Below are positions 1-8,831 of a DNA stretch of 32,000 nt, in pieces. The notes below the pieces were generated by a model that was not told the DNA's origin, made no database searches, and worked only from the letters and a program-made list of their open reading frames with translations. How positions within the stretch are numbered: position 1 is the stretch's first letter; the number at the start of each line of letters is the position of its first letter. Origin of the DNA: Formosa sp. Hel1_33_131 (GTDB lineage: Bacteria > Bacteroidota > Bacteroidia > Flavobacteriales > Flavobacteriaceae). The position numbers and the translations under genes are program-made. The stretch spans positions 2,340,001 to 2,372,000 of the forward strand of contig NZ_CP017260.1 of NCBI RefSeq assembly GCF_001735745.1, given 5' to 3'.

Positions 1-1
1 A

Positions 2-1021
2 CCTGTACGCTTGGAATTATTGAGTTCCAATGTACATTTTCACGAAGTCAACGTGCCAGAATACCCGCTGTTTCATTACCAGCCTTATGAGTTGGCGTTG
101 TCAAGTAAACTAGTGGATATGGTCAAAGTTCATAAAATTGATGTTTTGCATGTGCACTACGCTATTCCGCATGCCTATGCCGCCTATATGGCTAAAAAAA
201 TGCTTCACGAAGAAGGCATTGATGTCCCAATTGTTACTACTTTGCACGGCACCGATATTACCTTAGTAGGAAGCCATCCTTTTTATAAAACGGCGGTAAC
301 GTTTAGCATCAATAAATCAGATGCGGTGACCTCTGTGTCTCAAAATTTAAAAGAAGATACCCAACGATTATTTAACACCAAAAAAGAGATTAAAGTCGTT
401 CCGAATTTTATCGATATAGATAAATATAAAAACACTTATAAAGACTGTGATCGGGATCTTTTGGCACTTCCTGAGGAACGTGTGATTACCCATGTGAGTA
501 ATTTTAGACCTGTCAAACGCATTGCAGATGTGATTGAAATTTTCTATAGAATTCAAAAAGAACTTCCTGCAAAATTAATGATGGTAGGCGAGGGGCCTGA
601 GCGGAAGGAAGCCGAACTGCTTTGTGAAACGTACAAAATAGAAGATAAAGTTGTGTTTTTAGGCAACAGTAGTGAAGTGGATAAAATCTTGTGTTTTAGT
701 GATTTATTTTTATTGCCCTCCCAAACGGAGAGTTTTGGATTGGCGGCTTTAGAAGCCATGGCTTCTGGAGTTCCTGTGATTTCAAGTAATTCTGGAGGCA
801 TTCCAGAAGTGAACATTCAAGGGGTTTCTGGATTTTTAAGTCCCGTAGGTGCCATTGATGAAATGGCTCAAAACGCACTAAAAATTCTTAAAGAGGACGC
901 TGTTTTAGATGTATTTAAAAAAGGGGCACAAGCCACGGCGACTAAATTTGATATTCACAAAATTGTTCCTTTTTACGAAGCTATTTATGAAGAAGCGCTC
1001 CAAAACTGCATTTCAATTTAA
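2..1021 (+). CDS. bshA: GT4 glycosyltransferase, BshA-type (bacillithiol biosynthesis); 5' end outside window
   Basis: The ORF stays open to the window edge. Motifs as I recall them from BshA: NVHFHEV, HVHYAIPHA, TTLHGTDIT, HVSNFRPVKR, SESFGLAALEAMASGVP...GGIPEV. Confidence 0.75.
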   Translation, partial: PVRLELLSSNVHFHEVNVPEYPLFHYQPYELALSSKLVDMVKVHKIDVLHVHYAIPHAYAAYMAKKMLHEEGIDVPIVTTLHGTDITLVGSHPFYKTAVTFSINKSDAVTSVSQNLKEDTQRLFNTKKEIKVVPNFIDIDKYKNTYKDCDRDLLALPEERVITHVSNFRPVKRIADVIEIFYRIQKELPAKLMMVGEGPERKEAELLCETYKIEDKVVFLGNSSEVDKILCFSDLFLLPSQTESFGLAALEAMASGVPVISSNSGGIPEVNIQGVSGFLSPVGAIDEMAQNALKILKEDAVLDVFKKGAQATATKFDIHKIVPFYEAIYEEALQNCISI

Positions 1022-1115
1022 TTCGTAAAAAGATTCGACACTTAGTAGCGTTGGAATTTTTGTTTTTATAATAATACAATTACTTTTACATTCTAAAAGA
1101 CTTAAGGACTAGTAT

Positions 1116-2180
1116 ATGGCAGGGAATGCATTTGGATCGATTTTTAAACTGACAACTTTTGGGGAATCTCATGGAACTGCTATTGGCGGTGTGATTGATG
1201 GATGCCCTGCGGGAATTACAATTAATTTTGAAGCGATTCAGCTTGAAATGGACCGTCGGAAACCCGGACAATCCAACATTGTGACCCAACGAAAAGAACC
1301 GGATACCGTTAAGTTTTTATCTGGAATTTTTGAAGGGATTACTACTGGTACACCTATTGGATTTATCATTGAAAATGCCAATCAAAAATCGAATGATTAT
1401 ACACATATAAAAGACGTGTTTCGTCCGAGTCATGCCGATTATACGTACACCGAAAAATACGGTCAACGCGATTATAGAGGTGGTGGACGCAGTTCGGCAA
1501 GAGAGACAGCCTGTCGCGTGGTGGCAGGAGCCATTGCAAAACAATTTCTCAAAACAATTGAAATAAACGCATATACGTCTTCTGTTGGAGACATAGCACT
1601 TAACAAATCTTATAAAGATTTAGATTTAGCCAATGCTGAAACAAACGACGTTCGTTGTCCAGATTCAGAAGTGGCTGCAGAAATGATTTCCAAAATAAAA
1701 GCCATTCGTAAAGAAGGTGATACTATTGGAGGCGTGATTTCTTGTGTGATAAAAAATGTACCCGTAGGCTTAGGGGAACCCGTGTTTGACCGTTTGCATG
1801 CACAGTTAGGAAAAGCGATGCTTTCCATTAATGCGGTGAAAGGATTTCAATACGGTAGTGGATTTGAAGGGACGCAACTCAAAGGAAGTCAGCATAACGA
1901 TGCTTTTAATGCTGATGGCTCTACCAAAACAAATTTATCGGGTGGCATTCAAGGCGGAATAAGTAATGGGATGGACATCTATTTTGATGTGGCTTTTAAG
2001 CCGGTTGCGACAATCATGCAAGCCCAAGACACAATCGATAAGGATGGTAATGTGGTTGAAATGCACGGAAAAGGTCGGCACGATCCTTGTGTAGTACCGC
2101 GTGCGGTGCCAATTGTCGAAGCCATGGCTGCCTTGGTTATTGCCGACTTTATGCTGTTAAATCGGCTTAGTAAAGCTTAA
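1116..2180 (+). CDS. aroC: chorismate synthase
   Basis: Full-length 354 aa with [24 protein letters not shown] and [13 protein letters not shown] signature blocks. Confidence 0.95.
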   Translation: MAGNAFGSIFKLTTFGESHGTAIGGVIDGCPAGITINFEAIQLEMDRRKPGQSNIVTQRKEPDTVKFLSGIFEGITTGTPIGFIIENANQKSNDYTHIKDVFRPSHADYTYTEKYGQRDYRGGGRSSARETACRVVAGAIAKQFLKTIEINAYTSSVGDIALNKSYKDLDLANAETNDVRCPDSEVAAEMISKIKAIRKEGDTIGGVISCVIKNVPVGLGEPVFDRLHAQLGKAMLSINAVKGFQYGSGFEGTQLKGSQHNDAFNADGSTKTNLSGGIQGGISNGMDIYFDVAFKPVATIMQAQDTIDKDGNVVEMHGKGRHDPCVVPRAVPIVEAMAALVIADFMLLNRLSKA

Positions 2181-2199
2181 AATATAAAAAAACACCCAT

Positions 2200-3522
2200 A
2201 TGAAATCACTTGCACTACATTGGAAAATATTAATTGGCATGCTATCAGGTGTGACCTTTGGTTTTATAATGCTCGAAGTAGGCGGTGCTGATTTTGTGGC
2301 GAGTTGGATCAAACCCATTGGGACGATTTTTGTAAAACTCTTAAAATTAATTGCGGTGCCGCTTATTTTAGCTTCACTGATTAAAGGGATTTCAGATTTA
2401 AAAGACATTTCAAAATTTGCGTCTATTGGACTTAAAACCATTATAATCTATGTACTCACCACAGTGATTGCTATTAGTATTGGATTGATTTTGGTGAATA
2501 CACTAAATCCTGGTGACGGCGTTTCTGCTGAAACCATTTCGAAATTGACTGAAACCTATGCGGACAACAGCAGTGTGCAAGGAAAAATTGCAGAAGCAAG
2601 TCGCCAACAAGCCAGTCGTCCTTTGGATTTTCTGGTAGATATGGTACCGGACAATGCCTTTTCTGCTCTGAGTAATAATAAACTGATGTTGCAAGTCATT
2701 TTCTTAGCGATGTTTTTAGGGATTTCTCTCTTGTTAGTAGGCGAAAAAAGTGCGAAACCCCTCAAAGATTTCTTTGATTCTTTGAATGATGTCGTCCTAA
2801 AAATGGTGGATTTAATCATGCTGACTGCGCCTTTTGCGGTGTTTGCATTGTTGGCCAATGTGGTCGTGTCTTCTGGAGATCCTGAGTTGTTATATGCCCT
2901 GTTGTTTTATTCAGGTGTGGTAGTAGGTGGATTAACACTGATGGTTTGCTTTTACCTTGTATTGGTATCGGTGATTACCAAAAGAAATCCACTATGGTTT
3001 TTGAAACAAATCAGTCCAGCACAGTTATTAGCATTTTCAACCAGTAGTAGTGCGGCAACGCTTCCTGTGACTATGGAACGTGTGGAAGAACACCTCGGTG
3101 TGGATAAAGAAGTGTCTAGTTTTGTGTTGCCCGTAGGCGCGACCATCAATATGGATGGAACCAGTTTATACCAAGCAGTAGCGGCTGTGTTTATAGCCCA
3201 AGCCTTGGATTTTGACTTGACGTTTACAGATCAATTAATGATTGTTCTCACAGCGCTTTTAGCGTCTATAGGAAGTGCAGCAGTCCCAGGTGCAGGAATG
3301 GTGATGTTGGTAATTGTTCTAGAGTCGGTTGGCTTTCCAGCGGATAAGTTGGCCATTGGATTGGCACTTATTTTTGCAGTGGACCGTCCATTAGACATGT
3401 GCCGTACGATGGTAAATGTCACAGGCGATGCCACGGTTTCTATGATAGTGGCAAAGTTTGAAGGCAAACTTCACACCCCAAAATCTAAAGAATGGGATGA
3501 TCATTTGGAGGAGGTGAAGTAA
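2200..3522 (+). CDS. dicarboxylate/amino acid:cation symporter (DAACS, GltP-like)
   Basis: 440 aa, polytopic. Family motifs SSSAATLP, NMDGTSLYQ, AVPGAGMV and DRPLDMCRTMVNVTGD. Confidence 0.85.
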   Translation: MKSLALHWKILIGMLSGVTFGFIMLEVGGADFVASWIKPIGTIFVKLLKLIAVPLILASLIKGISDLKDISKFASIGLKTIIIYVLTTVIAISIGLILVNTLNPGDGVSAETISKLTETYADNSSVQGKIAEASRQQASRPLDFLVDMVPDNAFSALSNNKLMLQVIFLAMFLGISLLLVGEKSAKPLKDFFDSLNDVVLKMVDLIMLTAPFAVFALLANVVVSSGDPELLYALLFYSGVVVGGLTLMVCFYLVLVSVITKRNPLWFLKQISPAQLLAFSTSSSAATLPVTMERVEEHLGVDKEVSSFVLPVGATINMDGTSLYQAVAAVFIAQALDFDLTFTDQLMIVLTALLASIGSAAVPGAGMVMLVIVLESVGFPADKLAIGLALIFAVDRPLDMCRTMVNVTGDATVSMIVAKFEGKLHTPKSKEWDDHLEEVK

Positions 3523-3831
3523 ACTATTTTCAAGAGTCTAACTGATTACGAAAGAGGTATTCTTTATCGTGAGTTTCCTATAATAAAGATATTTTTTACT
3601 CTGTATTTCTATTTAGATCTAATAATAATTTTTCATCTTTAAATAAATAAAAAGTTAATTTTAGATTTGAAAAGCATATTTGAAGATATTATATTAAAAT
3701 GAGGTTTACAATCCCTTAATTTTGTATGTTATTGAAAATTAAATTTTAAAAACAGGATCACTAATTTTTTAAGAAGTTTTTGATTTACTTTAGTTTAAAT
3801 GCCACACAAAAGAATTGGATTGGGAGTGGGA

Positions 3832-4254
3832 TTATTTTTTAACAAGACTGTTTAGAAACTCATCTGGAGACATCACAGGTAGTAATGATTTTTTAAAATC
3901 TTTTCCGTTTCTAGTAATGATTAATTCACAACCAGATTCGATAGCACTAAAATATTGAAGCGCATCTTCAAAATCCTTAAATGATGAATTTAAGCCTTTT
4001 TCAATAGTTTGTGCATCAAGAGAACAAATTTCACTTATAACATTGAACTTCCTCAGTTTTTCTCGAGCCTTTTTAGAGTTTTCAAATTTTGATAGAAAAT
4101 AATTCAAGGTTGCATATGAAATAGGAGAAACCACTAAAGTTAAAACTTCTTTTTCCCCTAAGGATGCTATTTTAGCAATGGACTCATAGAAAGGTTTACG
4201 CTCCCCCAAAAGGTCTAACATTACATTTGTATCTATAAAAATTCTTTTACTCAT
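3832..4254 (-). CDS. PIN-domain toxin (VapC-like)
   Basis: 140 aa. N-terminal IFIDTNVMLD acidic motif and C-terminal ITRNGKDF, as in PIN proteins. ATGA overlap with the upstream small ORF. Confidence 0.75.
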   Translation of the reverse strand: MSKRIFIDTNVMLDLLGERKPFYESIAKIASLGEKEVLTLVVSPISYATLNYFLSKFENSKKAREKLRKFNVISEICSLDAQTIEKGLNSSFKDFEDALQYFSAIESGCELIITRNGKDFKKSLLPVMSPDEFLNSLVKK

Positions 4255-4499
4255 TGATATTTCTCTATTAAGTAATCAGAGTAAACTTCTTTATCATCTA
4301 AATCAGCAGGAATGTTAATCCCTGTTGCCATACTTTTTACAAAAGGAGATATTTCAAAATCCGTTTTATTTTTTTCAGACGTTAGCGACTGCAGATAAGC
4401 CTCAATAATTCTAGATAAACTCATTTTTTTATCAGAAGCATATTTTTTTGCATTCTCAATAATTTCCTGATTTAACTTTAATGTTAGTTTAGTATCCAT
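4251..4499 (-). CDS. cognate antitoxin-like small protein
   Basis: 82 aa. Its stop overlaps the PIN start by 4 nt (ATGA at 4251-4254). N-terminal LTLKLNQEIIENAKKYA...SLSRIIEAYL resembles an RHH-like antitoxin. Confidence 0.55.
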   Translation of the reverse strand: MDTKLTLKLNQEIIENAKKYASDKKMSLSRIIEAYLQSLTSEKNKTDFEISPFVKSMATGINIPADLDDKEVYSDYLIEKYQ

Positions 4500-4517
4500 A
4501 AAATTAATTTATACGTA

Positions 4518-4525
4518 CAAATATA
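4518..4525 (-). promoter_or_regulatory. Bacteroidetes-type -7 box TATATTTG upstream of the antitoxin/PIN pair
   Basis: Exact TAnnTTTG match on the minus strand, 18 nt upstream of the ATG at 4499. Confidence 0.35.
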
Positions 4526-4625
4526 ATAATTAAAGCCGTGCAAACCGATTTTAGAGCAGGATTTTTTGGATGCACGGTAATGAGTCGTTCATCCATTTCC
4601 AATAAGGGAATGTTCCGTCTACTTA

Positions 4626-4793
4626 TTACTGGCAAACAAAAATCTGTTTTTCCGATTGATCATTAAATGCTTCTTCTTCAAAACCTCCAAACTTATGAAT
4701 CACATTAAAACCGCTCCATTCAAGATAGGAATCTAATTCTTGAGGAAAAAACAATCGCATGTCCAAATTTTGAATCGAATCAAACACCCCATT
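4626..4793 (-). pseudogene. C-terminal fragment of a class I SAM-methyltransferase-like gene
   Basis: A frame not listed in the ORF track reads NGVFDSIQNLDMRLFFPQELDSYLEWSGFNVIHKFGGFEEEAFNDQSEKQIFVCQ* (stop at 4626-4628). This looks like the tail of a methyltransferase. No N-terminal part is present. Confidence 0.45.
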
Positions 4794-4927
4794 TCATAAG
4801 TGACACTACAATGTGCTAACATTTGTCCAACTGTCATCTTTCCCCATTTCGGTTTAGAATTTGGATTCAGTAAATTTATTCGTCCGATAATTTCTTCTGA
4901 AACGGTTTTGTCAAATACGTCTTTCAT
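4789..4927 (-). pseudogene. N-terminal fragment of a DUF1569-family gene
   Basis: The first ~46 aa, MKDVFDKTVSEEIIGRINLLNPNSKPKWGKMTVGQMLAHCSVTYEM, match the DUF1569 N-terminus as I recall it. After that the frame runs into unrelated sequence and abuts the methyltransferase fragment. Confidence 0.55.
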
Positions 4928-4951
4928 TTTCTTTAAGTTCGTTTTCAGCTT

Positions 4952-5091
4952 GTTGCCAACGGTTTTGTGTATGGTTAGTTGCGTGATTAAGCAACTAATT
5001 TAGTAAACAAAAACGAGCGCGAGAAAATTCCGAAGGAATTTTCCAAGTAGGCAACGACCAAAGCAATTAATTATACACGGTGTTAGCAAAT
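4952..5091 (-). repeat. attC-like junction element (long form) 3' of the SBBP/T9SS unit
   Basis: Plus-strand layout: GTTGCCAAC (4952-4960), 6-nt spacer, 16-bp stem 4967-4982/5063-5078 (13 Watson-Crick pairs plus 3 G-T), 3-nt spacer, GTTAGCAAAT (5082-5091). The 80-nt loop holds a nested 9-bp hairpin at 5023-5043. Confidence 0.5.
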
Positions 5092-5092
5092 G

Positions 5093-6739
5093 TTATTTTT
5101 TTACAATCTTAATTATCTGTTGGCTATTCTGCGTTTTTATAGTTAAGAAATAGATTCCTTTTGTATTTGGTAATTCAAGGTTTTTGTTAATTATGGAACT
5201 ATAAGTTTGTATTTTAATTATTTTTCCTAAAACATCAGTAATAATAAACTGAACATTATTTACTATTCGACTAAAATTGATGTTTATTATACCTTCCGAA
5301 GGGTTAGGGTAAGCAATTACTTTAATTTTATTACTAATCTCTTGTACTCCTAAATTACTTTGACTCATTTTCTGAACAAAGACATCATAATTTCCTAATG
5401 AAATTAAGTCATTAGTGCCCAAATCAGGGTCAAAATCTACTGTGCCATTAAACCCTCCTACAGTATAAATGTTTTCGGAAGTATCTACAGCTATTGATAT
5501 ACCAGAATCGCTATTACTTCCTCCAAAGGATTTTGCCCAAATTGAATTGCCATTTGTATCCATTTTCTGAACAAAGACATCCCCAGCTCCTTCAGATGTT
5601 AAGTTGTTGATTCCAGTACCAGGATCAAAATCTACAGTTCCATAAAAATAACCTATCAGATAAAGGTCTCCAGAAGCACCTATAACTATTGAGGTACTAC
5701 CATCTAGATTAGCTCCTCCAAAGGATTTTGCCCAAATAAAATTTCCATTTGCATCCATTTTCTGAACAAAGACATCCCTACTTCCTGATGCTGTCAAGTT
5801 ACTTATTGACGTTCCTGAATCAAAATCAACAATGCCTTCAAAATATCCTGTAGTATATACATTTCCAGAAGCGTCTGTAATTATTGAACTACCACCTTCA
5901 TGATCATCTCCTGCAAGGGATTTTGCCCAAAGGAAATTCCCATTTGCATCCATTTTCTGAACAAAGACATCATCATATCCATTTCCTCCTGTTAAGATAC
6001 TAATCCCTGATCCAGGATCAAAATCTCCTGAACCTCGAAAATATCCTGTAGTATATACATTTCCAGAAATATCTAAAGCTATAGATTTCCCTTCACTATA
6101 TCCATTTCCTCCAAATGATTTTGCCCAAAGAAAATTACCGTTGGTATCCAACTTCTGTACAAAAATACCTCTAGTCCCAAACGCTGTTAAGTTGCTTATC
6201 CCTGTTCCCGGATCAAAATCAACAGTACCTTGAAAATATCCTGTAGTGTATACATTTCCAGAAGTATCAACAACTATTGAGAAACCAATGCATATTAAAG
6301 ATGATTCTAAAAAAATTTCCCAAAGGATATTGCCATTGGTGTCCATTTTCTGCACAAAAACATTTCCATTAAATTCTCCTGTTATATAGACATTGTTAGA
6401 AGTATCCAAAGCTATTGAGTAACCAATATTATCACTAAAGGAAGACCCTCCTAAAGATTTTGCCCATTGAAAATTGCCATTTGCATCCAACTTCTGTACA
6501 AAAATACCTTCATCCCCTGACGATGTTAAGTTGCTTATTCCAGTTCCTGGGTCAAAATCTACAGTACCTTGAAAAAAACCTGTAGTATACACATTTCCCA
6601 AAGCGTCAACAGCTATTGAGTAACCAATATCATTATTTATTTCTCCAAAAGATTTTGCCCATTCAAATGTTTGAGCATTTATTGTATTGAATCCTAAAAA
6701 TAGAATTGTAAAAAAGAGTACTTTTAAATTTGTTTTCAT
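5093..6739 (-). CDS. secreted beta-propeller repeat protein (SBBP-type) with T9SS C-terminal sorting domain
   Basis: Signal peptide, then about 7 repeats of GNVYTTGYFxGTVDFDPGTGxxNLTxxGxxDVFVQKMDxNGNFxWAKSFGG. C-terminal ...YPNPSEGIININF...GIYFLTIKTQNSQQIIKIVKK is typical of the type A sorting domain. Confidence 0.85.
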   Translation of the reverse strand: MKTNLKVLFFTILFLGFNTINAQTFEWAKSFGEINNDIGYSIAVDALGNVYTTGFFQGTVDFDPGTGISNLTSSGDEGIFVQKLDANGNFQWAKSLGGSSFSDNIGYSIALDTSNNVYITGEFNGNVFVQKMDTNGNILWEIFLESSLICIGFSIVVDTSGNVYTTGYFQGTVDFDPGTGISNLTAFGTRGIFVQKLDTNGNFLWAKSFGGNGYSEGKSIALDISGNVYTTGYFRGSGDFDPGSGISILTGGNGYDDVFVQKMDANGNFLWAKSLAGDDHEGGSSIITDASGNVYTTGYFEGIVDFDSGTSISNLTASGSRDVFVQKMDANGNFIWAKSFGGANLDGSTSIVIGASGDLYLIGYFYGTVDFDPGTGINNLTSEGAGDVFVQKMDTNGNSIWAKSFGGSNSDSGISIAVDTSENIYTVGGFNGTVDFDPDLGTNDLISLGNYDVFVQKMSQSNLGVQEISNKIKVIAYPNPSEGIININFSRIVNNVQFIITDVLGKIIKIQTYSSIINKNLELPNTKGIYFLTIKTQNSQQIIKIVKK

Positions 6740-6767
6740 CTTAATTTTTTGTTTTCGGTATGCTAAT

Positions 6768-6832
6768 ATTTGCTAACGGTTGGGCTATGCGCAGTGTCCG
6801 GAAGGGCATTGCGTATAGGTGTTGTTGTGCGT
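6768..6832 (-). repeat. attC-like junction element between the SBBP unit and the three-gene unit
   Basis: Plus-strand layout: ATTTGCTAAC, 7-nt spacer, 15-bp stem 6785-6799/6804-6818 (12 Watson-Crick pairs plus 3 G-T) with a 4-nt loop, 5-nt spacer, GTTGTGCGT. Confidence 0.55.
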
Positions 6833-6867
6833 TCGTGCTTTACTTTTCATATTTTCCTCTTCTAAGG

Positions 6868-7440
6868 TTACAATCCATTTACCTTAAATATTAATACACA
6901 CAGTGCTTTATCAAATCGGTGGTAAATTTTTTCCTCTTCTTTTTTGTCGAGAATGGAGTACTTGAATCCTTTTTTTTGAAAGTCACCTCCTGTAACCATT
7001 TTTCGATATTGAAAACGACAACTCTTTATCTCATCAAAGTCATCCTTAAACTTGTTCTTTCCACAATGATCAGAAAGAGTAATAATAGTGTCAAGTTCGT
7101 TAGAGATAGTTGTAAATAGACTTATCAGTTGGTATGTGTTTGCAGTTGAAACGGCCTGTTTTTGAACGCATTCTGCAACGGTGTGATTCACAATTCGAAT
7201 AGTTCCTTGCAAGGCCTCAACTTTGCGAATAATTACATCTTTCTCGCTTCTCTTGTTATGCATGTTTCGCTCAAGAAAAATCGGGATGTAGACAGCAAGA
7301 AAAATTGTGACAAGCAAAGTTGCCAATCCAACTACATCAATTTTGTCTTCAAATGAAAAGAGCGGGTAATAATGCTGTAATCCCATTCCGATTACAACAC
7401 CAACAATTACCAGTATAACTCCAATAATGTAGCGTATCAT
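6868..7440 (-). CDS. 2-TM membrane protein of unknown function (candidate effector)
   Basis: 190 aa. Two N-terminal hydrophobic helices (IIGVILVIVGVVIGMGL, VVGLATLLVTIFLAVYIPIFL), then a soluble helical region. The start overlaps the upstream stop as ATGA (7437-7440). Confidence 0.55.
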   Translation of the reverse strand: MIRYIIGVILVIVGVVIGMGLQHYYPLFSFEDKIDVVGLATLLVTIFLAVYIPIFLERNMHNKRSEKDVIIRKVEALQGTIRIVNHTVAECVQKQAVSTANTYQLISLFTTISNELDTIITLSDHCGKNKFKDDFDEIKSCRFQYRKMVTGGDFQKKGFKYSILDKKEEEKIYHRFDKALCVLIFKVNGL

Positions 7441-7793
7441 TTTTCGTTGGCTTCTTTAATGTACTCGATAATGTCATCTTCTAGGAACGGATCATCATCT
7501 GATTTGAATTCTAGGTTGGCCAGCACGATTTTGGATTCCTTGTACTCCCTTGCAAGACCACCAAAGGCAGCTTCAAGAAAAGAAGTTGCATAGCCTGCCG
7601 TACCATCAAGGTCGATTAACAATTTTTTCTTCTCCGTGAGTGCTTGCTTAAATTTTGGTAGGAGAATCTTTTCCAAAAACTCTTCTCCAGGGAAATCGCC
7701 TTCAATTTCCTCCCGTACACCAGGAATCGTAGTGTAGTCGTTTGCTATTTTAATAATTAACTTGTCCATCTGTTTGTGTTGTTTAGTTCCCAA
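7437..7793 (-). CDS. STAS-like small protein (DUF4325-type)
   Basis: 118 aa (110 aa if the start is the MDKLII Met at 7769). The core LLIDLDGTAGYATSFLEAAFGGL resembles the STAS / anti-sigma-antagonist strand-helix motif. It overlaps both neighbouring genes. Confidence 0.55.
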   Translation of the reverse strand: MGTKQHKQMDKLIIKIANDYTTIPGVREEIEGDFPGEEFLEKILLPKFKQALTEKKKLLIDLDGTAGYATSFLEAAFGGLAREYKESKIVLANLEFKSDDDPFLEDDIIEYIKEANEK

Positions 7794-8785
7794 TAAAGAA
7801 ATGTTCCACTAAATTCTTTTGATAGTCTTTCAAATTTGTCTGTGCTCAAATCAGCCTTCACATCATTCGAAATAATTTTAAGATTGCTGTAGTAATTGCG
7901 TTCAAGGCCTCTGTATATGTTTGGTAATCCCTTACCTCTATAAGGGATCTTAGTGCTTGACATTTTTCGGCCACTGATGATTTCTTTCAATACATCACGG
8001 TTGTCTGTGATACCAAAGAAGGATGTTAGTTTGTCACGGAATCCACTCATTTTTGAAGACTTAAAGATTCCAACTCCCATATCAATGAAAGCAAAAGATA
8101 CCTTGTTATGAGCTTGGTCGTGATACACTGTGAGCCACCAAGTTTCCTGCCCTACTTGTTGGGGTTTAGCATGATAGCAGGTATTTGCCATGCATTCCAT
8201 TAATGCACTATAAATACCCATACATCTTGCCTCTTGTCCAAATACGATTTTTGTTGCTCGTTTTATCAATTCATTGGCAATACCGCCTTCTGCTTTCTTA
8301 TTCTGTCGAGTAAGAATGTAATTCTTGTGTTCGCTATCTGAACTACTTGCACCAAAAACACCGCTTTCCTGAAATATCTTCCTCAATTCTTCATCTCTAG
8401 GGTAGTTGCCTTTAATCGGAACTCCTTTGGTTATTGCAGGATTCTTTACAATCGCTAGTAAAAGGACAATAGCATCATTTGTCAAGTTGGTAATGTCCTT
8501 TAGGTTAATTAAAACCGGCTTTCTGTGATTAATCTTTTCTCGAATTCTTTCTAGATACGCTAAAACGGCAACCGTATTCTCTACAAATGAAAAATTCGAA
8601 GGTGCATGCAAACTCTCAAATTGGCTGATTATCCTTCTTTCACGTTGTTCTGCGATTGGAACCCCATCTGTTGCTCTTCTCTTTGCTTTGGCTTTTTCTT
8701 TACTCAATAGCTGTTGCTTCAAACGATCTTTTGCCCGTTTGGTATTGCGCTTTTTATACTCAGCTGTTGTGTAAAGTTTCTTCAT
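7757..8785 (-). CDS. GHKL-superfamily ATPase/kinase-like protein with basic N-terminal tail and an internal STAS-like segment
   Basis: N-box-like ALMECMANTCYHA, G1-like FIDMGVGI, G2-like RGKGLPNI, terminal GTFLYWEL. Residues 1-50 are Lys/Arg-rich. Residues ~55-140 (VLINLKDITNLTNDAIVLLLAIV) look STAS-like. Confidence 0.6.
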   Translation of the reverse strand: MKKLYTTAEYKKRNTKRAKDRLKQQLLSKEKAKAKRRATDGVPIAEQRERRIISQFESLHAPSNFSFVENTVAVLAYLERIREKINHRKPVLINLKDITNLTNDAIVLLLAIVKNPAITKGVPIKGNYPRDEELRKIFQESGVFGASSSDSEHKNYILTRQNKKAEGGIANELIKRATKIVFGQEARCMGIYSALMECMANTCYHAKPQQVGQETWWLTVYHDQAHNKVSFAFIDMGVGIFKSSKMSGFRDKLTSFFGITDNRDVLKEIISGRKMSSTKIPYRGKGLPNIYRGLERNYYSNLKIISNDVKADLSTDKFERLSKEFSGTFLYWELNNTNRWTS

Positions 8786-8831
8786 TTAAATTTCACTTCC
8801 TGTCTAGGCTTAGCTTGTTCTTTTTTGTATG

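Noticed and set aside
368-878. Track ORFs 368-556, 553-816 and 696-878 on the minus strand.
   Set aside because: They lie antisense and fully inside the well-supported bshA-type gene, with low-complexity translations. The same applies to 1086-1289, 1317-1544 and 1610-1828 (aroC) and to 2157-3467 (symporter).
3536-3579. GTCTAAC (a perfect RYYYAAC), then a 5-nt spacer and a bulged hairpin (3548-3570), right after the gltP-like stop. This could be a terminal attC at the left island edge.
   Set aside because: The element is only ~44 bp, the following GTT box (GTTTCCT) does not fit, and I found no complementary partner box. It may simply be a terminator.
3832-4545. Tried to find bracket boxes for the PIN/antitoxin pair (candidate CCGTGCAAAC at 4536-4545).
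   Set aside because: No complementary GTTTGCACGG-like sequence lies downstream of the PIN gene; only GTTT is shared with 3793-3801.
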